NCBI GenBank assembly: GCA_030867685.1
Contig: JAQOWU010000007.1
Coordinates: forward strand, 124,001-188,000
Length of the DNA: 64,000 nt
Source of the DNA: Wickerhamiella versatilis
Taxonomy: Eukaryota
Reading direction: 5' to 3'
The position numbers and the translations under genes are program-made. Below are positions 37,121 through 47,533 of the stretch, piece after piece (the first letter of the stretch is position 1; every line of letters starts with the position of its first letter). The notes below the pieces were generated by a model. It searched no databases. It was not told the origin of the DNA and was given only the letters and a program-made list of their open reading frames with translations.

Positions 37121-39091
37121 ATGAACTCAGATATCACACAAAAGGAAGAACTCGAGCCCCACAAGCTCGTAGCAAAAGTTGAGCAAGATTCCGTGAGCGA
37201 AAAAAATGACTACGAAGTAGATTCAGCCGGTATCGATGAAAAGGTGCTTTCCCACTCGATTGACGAGAAAAACGGCTCTGATGGAGAAGATCACCGTGGT
37301 GTGGAACGCATTATGGCTGTTAACAAGGCTCTGGTTACCTCATACACGTTTACGCTATTCAATCGAGAATATTCTGTGCTCAAATGTCTGCTTCTGTTTT
37401 TCCTATTTCTGCACGGATATGGGTCTGGTTTAGATGGAGGTCTGAATAAAACACTTCAACAGGCAATTATATCCACTTTAGGCCATAACGGAGATACCTC
37501 AGCCGTTAATACAGTCCAGCATATGATCGCATCTGCAATTTATATGCCGTATGCCCGACTATCGGATAGGTTTGGTCGGGTAGAGTCATGGATAGCAGCA
37601 CTAATCCCATTTACAGTAGGGCGTATACTAGTTGCAGCTGCTCCAAATTTTTCGACTCTTTTTGCCGGTGTGGCTATTGGGGAGATCGGGTGGGCAGGCT
37701 TCAGCTTTCTTTCGAAGGCAATACTCTCAGATGTGACAGTGCTTAAGGACCATACTTTCGCAATGAATATATATGATCTCCCGGAGATTATAAACTTTTG
37801 GGCTGCTGGATACATATCTCAATCACTGATTGGCAACAAAGCAGCTGACTACCAGGATCATGAAGCAGGTGCCCGGTGGGGCATTGGAATGTTTGCCATA
37901 ATAACTCCATTCACCGCCCTTTTGATTGTATCTGTTTACTTTTATGCCCAGTTAATTGTATCTCGTCGTCACGAGTTGCCAAAGATTCGGATTGTTGCGC
38001 CTGGTAAATCCATCAGAGGTACGGTTTATGGATTTATCCAGGACCTGGACCTAGTAGGCGTGTTATTTTTTGCTGCAGGAATGGTTTTATTACTACTACC
38101 TTTAAGTCTTGCAGGAGGAAGTGATTCAAAGTGGAGCAGTGGGCAGAATATCGCAATGATATGCGTCGGTGGTGGGCTGATTCCTGTGTGGGTTCTATGG
38201 GAGGTGTACGTCGCCAAGAAACCATTGATACCCAGGCAGTATTTCGGGAGTACTTTCATCGCAGCCTGTGCCTTAGAGTTCCTCACTCGCTTTTCGTCTC
38301 AAGTCGTGGCAGCGCAGGCTAAAACTAATCTTCTGATAGGCTACGACCAGTCCACTCGGCAAGCACAGTGGATTGATTCTATATCAACCTTTGAGGGTGC
38401 AATTATAAATGCGATTGTGGGGTTAGTACTTCACCACTGGCCTCGTCCCAAATTCTTTTTGCTGACGGGTGGTGCTGTGTACATCCTTGGTGTCGGCCTT
38501 CTGGTCAAGTATAACAATGCATATTTCAGTGACCAAGGCATTCAAGGCTATATTGCCGCTGAGGTGGTGATGGGAATTGGAAGCACCTTGATGCGATATC
38601 CAACATGGACTTTAGTGCAGGCCTCTCTACCTCATGAAGAAATGGCTGCAGCAATTGCTTGCATGTTGTCCTGCTATCAGGTTGGGCATGCCGTAGGAAG
38701 CTGTGTGGGGTCTGCCATATGGGAGAATCTGGTCTCTAGGAATCTTCAGAAATACGTTGGCTCCCTTCCTTCCCAGAGAGTGAACGGAAAAGAAGTTTCA
38801 GCGAAAGCACTTGCAACAATGATATTCAATAATCCTAACAAATACACTGCCATTTTTCCTATGGGTTCGAAGGTACGTGATGCTATCTTAAAATCGTATC
38901 AAAATCCTGAGTATATTTCAGCGATCATTTCAGTCTGCTTTTCGGCTCTTCTTGTTATCTTCACCTTCATTCCTTTCCCTTACGATATCCACACAAATGG
39001 AGAAACTATTTCGGAAGAAAAGCGCAGGGAGGAGGAAGGTAAGTTTGGTCGTGGCAAAAAATCCTGGATTCTCAGATATGTCGGTTTCTAA
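37121..39091 (+). CDS. Siderophore-iron transporter (ARN/SIT family, 14-TM MFS)
   Basis: GVERIMAV, YARLSDRFGRVE, RWGIGMFAII and DLVGVLFFAAG...LLPLSLAGG...W motifs. Confidence 0.85.
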   Translation: MNSDITQKEELEPHKLVAKVEQDSVSEKNDYEVDSAGIDEKVLSHSIDEKNGSDGEDHRGVERIMAVNKALVTSYTFTLFNREYSVLKCLLLFFLFLHGYGSGLDGGLNKTLQQAIISTLGHNGDTSAVNTVQHMIASAIYMPYARLSDRFGRVESWIAALIPFTVGRILVAAAPNFSTLFAGVAIGEIGWAGFSFLSKAILSDVTVLKDHTFAMNIYDLPEIINFWAAGYISQSLIGNKAADYQDHEAGARWGIGMFAIITPFTALLIVSVYFYAQLIVSRRHELPKIRIVAPGKSIRGTVYGFIQDLDLVGVLFFAAGMVLLLLPLSLAGGSDSKWSSGQNIAMICVGGGLIPVWVLWEVYVAKKPLIPRQYFGSTFIAACALEFLTRFSSQVVAAQAKTNLLIGYDQSTRQAQWIDSISTFEGAIINAIVGLVLHHWPRPKFFLLTGGAVYILGVGLLVKYNNAYFSDQGIQGYIAAEVVMGIGSTLMRYPTWTLVQASLPHEEMAAAIACMLSCYQVGHAVGSCVGSAIWENLVSRNLQKYVGSLPSQRVNGKEVSAKALATMIFNNPNKYTAIFPMGSKVRDAILKSYQNPEYISAIISVCFSALLVIFTFIPFPYDIHTNGETISEEKRREEEGKFGRGKKSWILRYVGF

Positions 39092-39149
39092 CGGCTGAAA
39101 TAAGGACATTATGCTCAAGTGATATCAGAAAACGTATATTTCAAGCAAT

Positions 39150-39313
39150 AAGGCCGTTTGTCCGGGGATGGCTGGTACAGTCGGTAAACTTTATCATGCT
39201 CTATTTGGTTAATTAGGTGCCAATATCGATTATCATGGTGGGTTTCTTCAGTCTGTTGTTAATGGAGTTAACAAACTAATAAGGAATATCGCGGGCAGAA
39301 AACTTAAACTATA
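39150..39313 (+). pseudogene. Relic of a family A secreted-protein gene
   Basis: From 39237 the frame reads GGFLQSVVNGVNKLIRNIAG, versus GDFFQSVTNGVEVLIGNIGG at 25797-26354. Upstream fragments RLSGDG and ANID are interrupted by a stop and a frameshift. Confidence 0.5.
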
Positions 39314-40176
39314 ATATAATTCCTCGAAATATTCTTGCTTCAAGAGATAAATATTTAGCTAATTTAGCTAACCTTCTTTCTTTATCGCCAAAATTTATTC
39401 CGAGAATTAATAGATCCATCCATATTACTAAGTTATTATCTCACACCAAAATATGGTCATTCCCATGGATTCCTTATATCGCGTAAGTTATCTCTATGCA
39501 AGGTTATTGATGTTTTTGGTGTGCTAGTCGATTAGAGGTTATAAATTGATGTCGGAAGCATTTGCGCCTAAAAACTCTAGCAGAGGGCGGAGGGCCACCA
39601 TGGTACTAGAGCCGGAGCCGGGATAAGAGGTGCAGGAGGAGTGGGAGGTAGCATGCCTGCATTCTAGTTGTTCGGCAGCCTAGTTATGCCATTATGGTTT
39701 CTTAGTGGTATGAGTCCGAGCAATATAATGTTTGCTGTTTGCTTAGTTACCCGGCCTTGAGTCTTGTCTTAAAAACTAAAATAGCAATGACAGCAGTACC
39801 GACGCTCACATCCCGTGTAAGAATCTGCCCAAGTCCGTGAAAGGTGGCTGGATAATGCAAGATAGGCCGTTAATAGCGTGTCAGATATGGTTCACACATA
39901 CCTATTTTTAAACGCAGCAAAAGTAGATTGTGAATATGCAATATGATAGCAGCCACAACTCATTTCGTACCCATGGCTATAGGGCCCAATGAGCCCGATT
40001 CATGAGATAAAATGCTTTGCTACTCGGCTCCAAGAGAAACCTTTACCAAACCCGTAGTATCTTAAGGGATGATAATAACACCTAGTTAAACGGGCTATTT
40101 TTATTCTTGGACTAATTACTTCAGTACTGGCGAGACTGACAAAATAAAGTTGCTCCTTAGTATACATAAACAGTGA

Positions 40177-41145
40177 CTAGTAACCACCAACGGTGCCTGG
40201 GCAGCCATAACCTGCATGAGCCTTACCAGAGAAAAGATTGGTGTGGAAGTAAATCCCCTCATGTGCGCTCCAATAAAGCAAGTCAAGAATTGGCTCGATT
40301 GTGTCATAAATGTCCCCTTTCTTGAGATCATCGACGATACCCTGGATACCGCCTGCAACAGTATCGACTGTAAGAAGTTTAGGGAGTTTACCTGCTGGCC
40401 CATCCCACGATTCGGACTGTTCGAAGTACTGGTAATTTGTCCCATTTTCTGGGTTTATCCAGATCATGTTATTCGGGTGAGCATAACCAAGCTCAGGTAA
40501 AAGAATCCAGGGTACCCAGTCCTGTCCATTCCAAACGGCCGTATATATGTCGTCAAAGATATTATTGAATTCCTTGGCATACTGCGGATTACCCGTTCGA
40601 ACAGGGGCATAGACCACCACCCTATCAACAATTCCATACTGAGACTGAAGAGCAAGTGCGCCTAGTTGAGCGATAGATGCACCCATGCTGTGGCCAATTA
40701 CAGTGATGTTATCGTTGGGGTAATCATTGATAGCAGCCTGAACAGTGGAATTTACAGCTGACCACGACCGCTGAAACTGCTGATAAAATCCATGATGTAC
40801 TTTTGCTGAAGACGAGAGATTCGGAATTTCAGAGTTAACTTGTATGAAGTCAAGATCGTGAAGAACACTAACCCAGTCTGTGGTATTGGTACCTTGATAT
40901 GTTACCACTATCCCATACTCAGGGTCATGATAAACATCAACTCGTTGATCACTTAATTCTGAATATGGCAAAGACTTGATGAGAGTTGCATTCCCCACGG
41001 TCAATCCAGAGTACTGAAATTCACCAGATGAGCAGTAAGAATTCTCCTGCAATGCAGCTAAGTATTCAAGGTCGTAGACACTTGCAGGTGGTTGGCTTGC
41101 AGCGTTCACGCTGGTGCAAAAGAGTGCAAGGGCGCTCAAAATCAT
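40177..41145 (-). CDS. Secreted class 3 lipase, SMG1-like mono/diacylglycerol lipase
   Basis: Signal peptide, YQGTN, VHHGF, GHSMG nucleophile, NGQDWVP, GYAHP and HEGIYFHT...CPGTVG. Confidence 0.88.
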   Translation of the reverse strand: MILSALALFCTSVNAASQPPASVYDLEYLAALQENSYCSSGEFQYSGLTVGNATLIKSLPYSELSDQRVDVYHDPEYGIVVTYQGTNTTDWVSVLHDLDFIQVNSEIPNLSSSAKVHHGFYQQFQRSWSAVNSTVQAAINDYPNDNITVIGHSMGASIAQLGALALQSQYGIVDRVVVYAPVRTGNPQYAKEFNNIFDDIYTAVWNGQDWVPWILLPELGYAHPNNMIWINPENGTNYQYFEQSESWDGPAGKLPKLLTVDTVAGGIQGIVDDLKKGDIYDTIEPILDLLYWSAHEGIYFHTNLFSGKAHAGYGCPGTVGGY

Positions 41146-41757
41146 ACAGAACAGGGCAGAAGCGGCGGAGTTAAATACTCACGGAATGATCGTAGCGGCT
41201 TAGAAATAATTTATTGCTAGGTTGGTGGGGGTAAACGAGCAAACGGTTTCGAGTTAGTATATAATTCTGTAAGAAAATACGTAACCAATTTTTATTTGAG
41301 TGGACAGACAAGCAAAAGAAGATTGGTTCATATTGGCTGTCTTTTCCCCATCAATCCGTTTTATAGCGCATAATAATATATACCCCGCAACGTTGCCCTG
41401 GTTACTCGCGTTCTAAAGAGGAAATGGGCAAGGGTATAGGTTGATGATCTTCAAATAGCTTCATTAAAATATTTCACCTCTACATTTCGACTTGGCTCAA
41501 GTCAACATCACTTGTTACCCAATTTAGATACGTATTGATGCTAACTACTAGCTGGACAATTTCCACCAATGGGATATCTGGAAAGTACGGCTGAACCATT
41601 TATAATGACGTTATTTTTGGATTGCACCATCACCATTCTCACTAGAAGCATACACAGGGCATGGTTTGAGGAAATATCTCTCGACTCAGATCTCCGCTAA
41701 CAAAATAGAAAGAGAGGTGCACCTGTACAAATAGCACCGGTACTCAACCTTACATTG

Positions 41758-41950
41758 CTAAGTTAGTCCCAATAAGTGGTATATATCATCATCTTTCTGG
41801 AAGATGTAGTCACTAATGCGTTCAGCAAGACTGTAAAGGGCACCCACGGGCTGCCCTGCAATTATAATGGGAAAAAAATTGCCATCTGCCACCCGAAGAC
41901 CCACGAAACCAGATACTCGCGCAAGGCCATAAGTAACATCGTTTAAAAAG
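41758..41950 (-). pseudogene. C-terminal fragment of a GMC oxidoreductase
   Basis: ARVSGFVGLRVADGNFFPIIIAGQPVGALYSLAERISDYI matches the GMC C-terminal consensus (RV.G..GLRV.D.S..P....GN......AE..AD.I). The upstream 1.3 kb contains only broken short ORFs. Confidence 0.6.
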
Positions 41951-43652
41951 TCACTTTTTATACCAACCATGCAGCGAGCGTAAAAAATTGGGGTAAGACC
42001 AGATTTGATGGTGTTCGTCGCTATTTACTGAAGGTCCGGAAGGCCTCTCGAAAATCCCACTTATTTTGTCACTGGGCAGTCTATCTTGCTCAGAATTATC
42101 CTGGTGAATCATTGCCTGCTCATTAAATTGGCCCGAGTACGTTGAGTATGCTAGTATCATTACACAACAGAAGGCAAAAACTGGGATAAGTCGAGACTCT
42201 CTTTCAACAACACTTCACCAGCCTACAAGCCCGTGCCATATGTACTTGCATATCCAGTATCGAACATTCGTTGTAAACTCTCTTCTCATCAGTCATCCAT
42301 CAATGCCTCAATAAAATTACTGGGTGAGAATCCTCGGCCAATTGCAACAGTGGGCACGTACCTGAATGGCATAAAGTTAAACGTGCTAGCCACTCGGATC
42401 AATTTAACGGGCTGTACTACTGTCTGTGTAAAAAGTCTACGATACGGTCGTTAAAAGGCCCCAATTATTATTAATATAGTTTCTTATAGAAATTATCAAC
42501 TCATATGAAAGCCTGCGGCTTGAAAAGTACATCAATTTTGGTTCAATATCAAAGTTGTAACCCGCAATCATTATTAAAAGGTAAGGGGTAATATCCGGAG
42601 TATTGGGGAGGATAATTATCACTTCTTGCAGCAACAGCATTTATCTGACCGGAGCAATTAGCCCTACCAGTCTCAGCTAGTGAAGCACCCATTCCATTCA
42701 GTGGTCGGACCCTAACCATATTACTGCAAAAAGCTGAACCTTCAATATACGACTCGGTAAAGCTCATAATCCCGGAAAAAGTCACTAGATAACATATTTC
42801 CAGTCGATTCAGAACTCCATCATCATGGTTTCTTCACAGAAGAGCTATCACAAAGAAAGCGCAAACGACTACCCCCGGTGAATACCCTTACCCGTAATCA
42901 ATCCTGGGTGTTGTCAGATTTATGTTGTACCTATGACTTAAAACTTGCAGCGAGAACTTCTAATGGTAGAGCAACTTGTAATTCGGTAATATGGAGGCAT
43001 ACACGATTTGACAAAACAAAATACTCACCGGCTACCAATATTATGCAGGTAGTGGTTCTACTCTCTAAGGTTCACTGAGAATCCCATTTCCAGCTGTACA
43101 CCAGTGGACATATTGGCCTATCTCTAGGGCAGACAGCAGACTAGCCTTACAATCTTATAAGTCATCTCTGAAATGCCATTTCTAGGGATCGTGATATGGT
43201 TCTATTGCTATGGCTCTATGGAGTAGTCACGCTTCTTTAAAGCCTCCCTAAAACACAACTGAATCTTTTTGCAAGTCATCCTATCCTTTTATATATTCCC
43301 TCTAATAGCGAGCAACCTCTTGATGATAATGGCGGCAGTTACCTACCCTAAGCCTTGATTGCCTGCAAGACACAGATTTATAACGCAACATCGAGATCCA
43401 GAGAAAGCCCAGCCTACCATGTGCATCAAAATGTGATAATATCGAAAGACGTTTTTCAGGAAGATGGCATGATAGCAAGGCATATATGTTATCCTAGACT
43501 GGTTGCTTAGCCTGTTAAATGAAAATAATCAGTTTGGCAGGTTTCAAATTGGTAATACAGTGGACTAACATGCATTTCGCATCCCCTACCCTAACACATA
43601 CAACAGGTATTTATATAGTGACTTCGCAATTGTTTATGAGAGCGGAATAAAT

Positions 43653-44492
43653 ATGAGGTGCTGGTTTACATTTACGTGCCTTGCGTTCTGGAATATTTTA
43701 TCCCTTGCTCTAGCTGATAACCTGCCTTGGGACGAATCTATATTTTCGTTAGCAGCCGAGTGTGCAGGAAAGGCGTACCAGTCTACTTCGGATAATCAAG
43801 AAGTGGGTTCAGCAAGAGTTATACAAACGCTTGGAAAAGGTGATGATTCCCAGCGAGTGAATATATACCGCTCAGATGATCAGGGTGCGGTTATCATTGC
43901 CTGGGAGGGGACGACATTACAAAATCTCCCACAGATAATCAACTCAGCTGTACCAGATATTGAATTCGAATTTATTTCACCTGATCGCAGATTGGGTCTT
44001 AAAGCCGGAAGCCTGGTTTCGGTTGGCTGGCAAAGCCAGTTTTTCAAGAATTGGGATGACGCCAAGAATAAACTGGCCAGTGTTTTGAGTCAATACCCAA
44101 ATGACAAGCTGTATGTCACGGGACACAGTGAAGGGGGTGCTCTTTGCCAGTTTGGTGCTCTAGCCATTGAACACGAACTTGGGCACCATGTGGACAAAAT
44201 AATCGCTTTGGCCAGTCCTAGGCTTGGAAATGCGGTCTATGCAAGTAGCTTCACAGATACCTTCAAAGATCGATTCTGCGGTGTGACCAATGGAAATGAC
44301 TGGGTTTTTGATACGGTGCCACTTGCCTGGGGTTATGTGCATCCGAGCCCTTTGGTGTGGATCACACCGGCTAGTGGCGAGCAATTTACGTATCTCGATA
44401 ACGCAGAAACTCTCTATACGAGGGGTTATATGCCAAACTACCTTTCAATGAATGACCACAATGGAAAATATTTTGGAGTTCAGATCAACTAG
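43653..44492 (+). CDS. Secreted class 3 lipase, SMG1-like
   Basis: Signal peptide, QRVNIY, WEGT, GHSEG, PRLGN, NGNDWV, GYVHP and DHNGKYF; TATA-like element at about 43610. Confidence 0.87.
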   Translation: MRCWFTFTCLAFWNILSLALADNLPWDESIFSLAAECAGKAYQSTSDNQEVGSARVIQTLGKGDDSQRVNIYRSDDQGAVIIAWEGTTLQNLPQIINSAVPDIEFEFISPDRRLGLKAGSLVSVGWQSQFFKNWDDAKNKLASVLSQYPNDKLYVTGHSEGGALCQFGALAIEHELGHHVDKIIALASPRLGNAVYASSFTDTFKDRFCGVTNGNDWVFDTVPLAWGYVHPSPLVWITPASGEQFTYLDNAETLYTRGYMPNYLSMNDHNGKYFGVQIN

Positions 44493-45173
44493 TTCTCCCG
44501 CACGAGATCAAATAAGTTTCAAGCTAGGTCCACTTAATTAAGGAATAATGTAAGAGTTTGTGAACCAACTTGGATCTTCTTGGGTGTTTCTATCATCTGT
44601 TTCAGGAAAACACTTATATTTTTTGTAATTAATGATTTATATCTTGGTTAAAATCCCATTGATTTGACTCACCTTACTGAAGTTGCTGAAAAAAGGTATC
44701 GAGACTGCCTTAATGTGCATTGTACAACTAAACTGGGAGCCTTGAGACTGGTTGGAAGCTATCGAACAATGGTATGTCTGAGAATATCTGGGCCCATAAT
44801 GTTCTGTGCTCTATGATTTTGCTTTGACTGAAATCCCGCTTAATTGGGTTCCTTAGCTTCACTTCTTTATTTAATCTCCGTTATTACTGTTTTCCACTGG
44901 TGATTTCATTTCTTCTTTTATTTAAACACAATATAACTAGTACTGAAAAGTTCTCAATGAACTATGCTGCCAAATCACGCACCATAAATTTCCACATCGT
45001 GAGGTCTGGTGTGTTTGCATCATCTCGATCTACCACTGACCTGCATTTAATAATTACTAGCATCAGCAGCGCCAAAATCATTGGCAAACGTATATTGGCT
45101 CATGGATGGTTTAATCGTCAAGGTATGACGTATTTTAGCGGATGGTCAGCTCATTCACATTACTCATCTAGGC

Positions 45174-46109
45174 ATGTCGTTGCGCGAGAAGATGGATCAA
45201 CCTACAAAAGATAAGTTAGACGACAGTGGTGCTGATGAGACCAAACGAGAGAACAGCCTGAAATCTTCGGCAGTCTATAGGTGCAGAGAAGCTTTTCAGC
45301 AAAACATGTATATGCTAGGGATATTCTATGTACATTCCTCGCTACTTTCTTATATGTGGAGGGATGTATTGAAGCGAAAAAATTCACTTTTATTTATAGC
45401 TATTGCACTAATATTTACCACAGCTAATGTATCGCTTCTCAACATCAGATATCCTCGAAACATTGGTTTGAATATACTTCTTATACTTCTCCTTCTGGTG
45501 TCCATGCTCACAGGATGCAGTTGTGTCCCTGAAAACGACATCACTGTCGTATTATATATTAGCGTGAACGTGGCATTTGTCTGCAGCACAATGAGTTTCC
45601 CTACTCAAAAGCTTACATTCTCCTCGCGATACCACGGGCTTTTAGCAGCGACTGTATCGATATTCTATTCTACGTTACTGTATTGCCTACGTCACTTACA
45701 AAAGGAAACTCAACAAAGCATCTATCTTATTAGTTCACGTTTGCAGATCGTGATATCCATACTTGGGTTGATTTTACAGACACTGTCAAATCTTAAAAAA
45801 CTCCACCTACCACTCATCTTTCAGGATTTATTCATGTATATCGGCCCCTTTTTTATGAATATCGCAGCTTCGAAGTATCTTTTAGAGGACATGAACCTGC
45901 AAGCCGACTTTAGGTTCATTGTCCCACTCTGTACTTCGACAGTCCTGTCTGTATGTACCATTATGGGCGGCTACAATCTTAATCACCGTGATTTTAAAAA
46001 ATTCGAGCGATTACTTGTAAATCCGAAATTAGTTCTTCTTACCGGGTCACTCTTTGCAATCACTTTCGGTGCATATTGTATTTCGTCACAAGCAGGATAC
46101 TTTTTTTAG
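45174..46109 (+). CDS. Multi-pass membrane protein of unknown function
   Basis: 311-aa ORF with about 8-9 hydrophobic segments; weak colinear similarity to 54294-55238. Confidence 0.65.
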   Translation: MSLREKMDQPTKDKLDDSGADETKRENSLKSSAVYRCREAFQQNMYMLGIFYVHSSLLSYMWRDVLKRKNSLLFIAIALIFTTANVSLLNIRYPRNIGLNILLILLLLVSMLTGCSCVPENDITVVLYISVNVAFVCSTMSFPTQKLTFSSRYHGLLAATVSIFYSTLLYCLRHLQKETQQSIYLISSRLQIVISILGLILQTLSNLKKLHLPLIFQDLFMYIGPFFMNIAASKYLLEDMNLQADFRFIVPLCTSTVLSVCTIMGGYNLNHRDFKKFERLLVNPKLVLLTGSLFAITFGAYCISSQAGYFF

Positions 46110-46369
46110 AATGTCGATGTATCACTGCACAGAGTGTCTAAATTGTCGAGGCATGAGATGTCTAAAATGAACTTGAACTTGAAACAGCTAGGGAGCAAAC
46201 ATGAATGCATCTTCATGATAATAAATGGTCACTTGCCGTTATATCACTATGTTTATTATTTTACGCTCCACCGCATTTTGTTTACACCTCATTCTCCCAC
46301 TTGTCTCAGGTGATGAGGTGGGCTTTTATTATCCAACCAATCTGCGGGGAAACTTATTAACACAGCATA

Positions 46370-47173
46370 ATGTCTTTGGGTGTCGCAGGAAAAGTTGCAG
46401 CAGTGACGGGTGCTGGCCAGGGAATCGGTCGTTCTATTGCAGTGAGATTAGCTCATGATGGATACATTGTTGGCTGTTTGGATATCAATGTGGATCATGC
46501 TGAAGAGTCTGTAAAATTGATCAAACAGCAAGGTGGCTCGGGCACGGCTATAAAGGTCAACGTGGCTGACAGGGCTGATGTTTTTTCAGCGGTTGATAAG
46601 CTAGTTGCAGATTATGGCCGGCTCGATGTCATGGTGAATAATGCGGGACTCGGCCCTGTTACTCCAATTGAAGACGTAACCCCAGAGATATACCGCAGAG
46701 TTTATGATGTCAATGTTGGTGGCATGTACTGGGGTACTCAAGCCGCCATTCAACATTTCAAGAGTAGAACGCCGTCTAAACCAGGCGATGTCGTTGGAAA
46801 AATCATAAACGCGTCCTCACAGGCTGGACAGATTGGAAACCCTGGTCTGGCTGTTTATGGCGCCACGAAGTTTGCAGTTCGGGGAATTACGCAGACAACT
46901 GCCAGGGATCTGGCTCACTTGGGTATTACGGTTAACGCGTATTGTCCTGGCATAGTGCGAACCCCAATGATGGAAAGTATAGCCAGTAAAGTCGCCAAGG
47001 AGAATGGGAAAACCGTGGAGTGGGGACTATCACAGTGGGCACAGAATGTAGCATTGGGCAGAGTTTCAGAGCCAGAGGATATTTCGTCGGTTGTTTCATT
47101 CCTTGCCGGTAAGGATTCTAATTACATGACGGGTCAGGCCCTCATTGTGGATGGTGGAATGGCTTTCAATTAA
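46370..47173 (+). CDS. budC: SDR acetoin(diacetyl) reductase / 2,3-butanediol dehydrogenase, bacterial BudC/ButA type
   Basis: TGAGQGIG, NNAG, SSQAG..GNP.LAVY..TKFAVRG.TQT.ARDLA..GITVN.YCPGIV.TPM and YMTGQ...DGGM.FN follow BudC closely as recalled. Confidence 0.88.
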   Translation: MSLGVAGKVAAVTGAGQGIGRSIAVRLAHDGYIVGCLDINVDHAEESVKLIKQQGGSGTAIKVNVADRADVFSAVDKLVADYGRLDVMVNNAGLGPVTPIEDVTPEIYRRVYDVNVGGMYWGTQAAIQHFKSRTPSKPGDVVGKIINASSQAGQIGNPGLAVYGATKFAVRGITQTTARDLAHLGITVNAYCPGIVRTPMMESIASKVAKENGKTVEWGLSQWAQNVALGRVSEPEDISSVVSFLAGKDSNYMTGQALIVDGGMAFN

Positions 47174-47533
47174 ATGAGGATTAAAGCCAATGTAACTTGT
47201 AAAGTAGTGTAGCATTACAATAGAGCACATGACCTATATAGTAGGCGCTATCACGGCTAGAATCTTTTCCTCTCGCCTCTCGTAATGAACTAGAAATCTC
47301 TCCATCGTCCTAATGAATGTTACTTTACGTATAGTTGCAGGGCAACGTGAGTCATGAATTCTTCTTTGCTTAAGTTTCTGTAATATTAAGGGCTATTTCT
47401 ATCATCTTACCGGCAAGTGTGCGATAGTGAAGTGAGCCGAATTACATAAGAAACAAAATGCTTATCTGTCATGTCTATTTTTGGATAGATACACGATATC
47501 TCTAATCTTGCTGAAAAGCAGTGCAGATGTATA

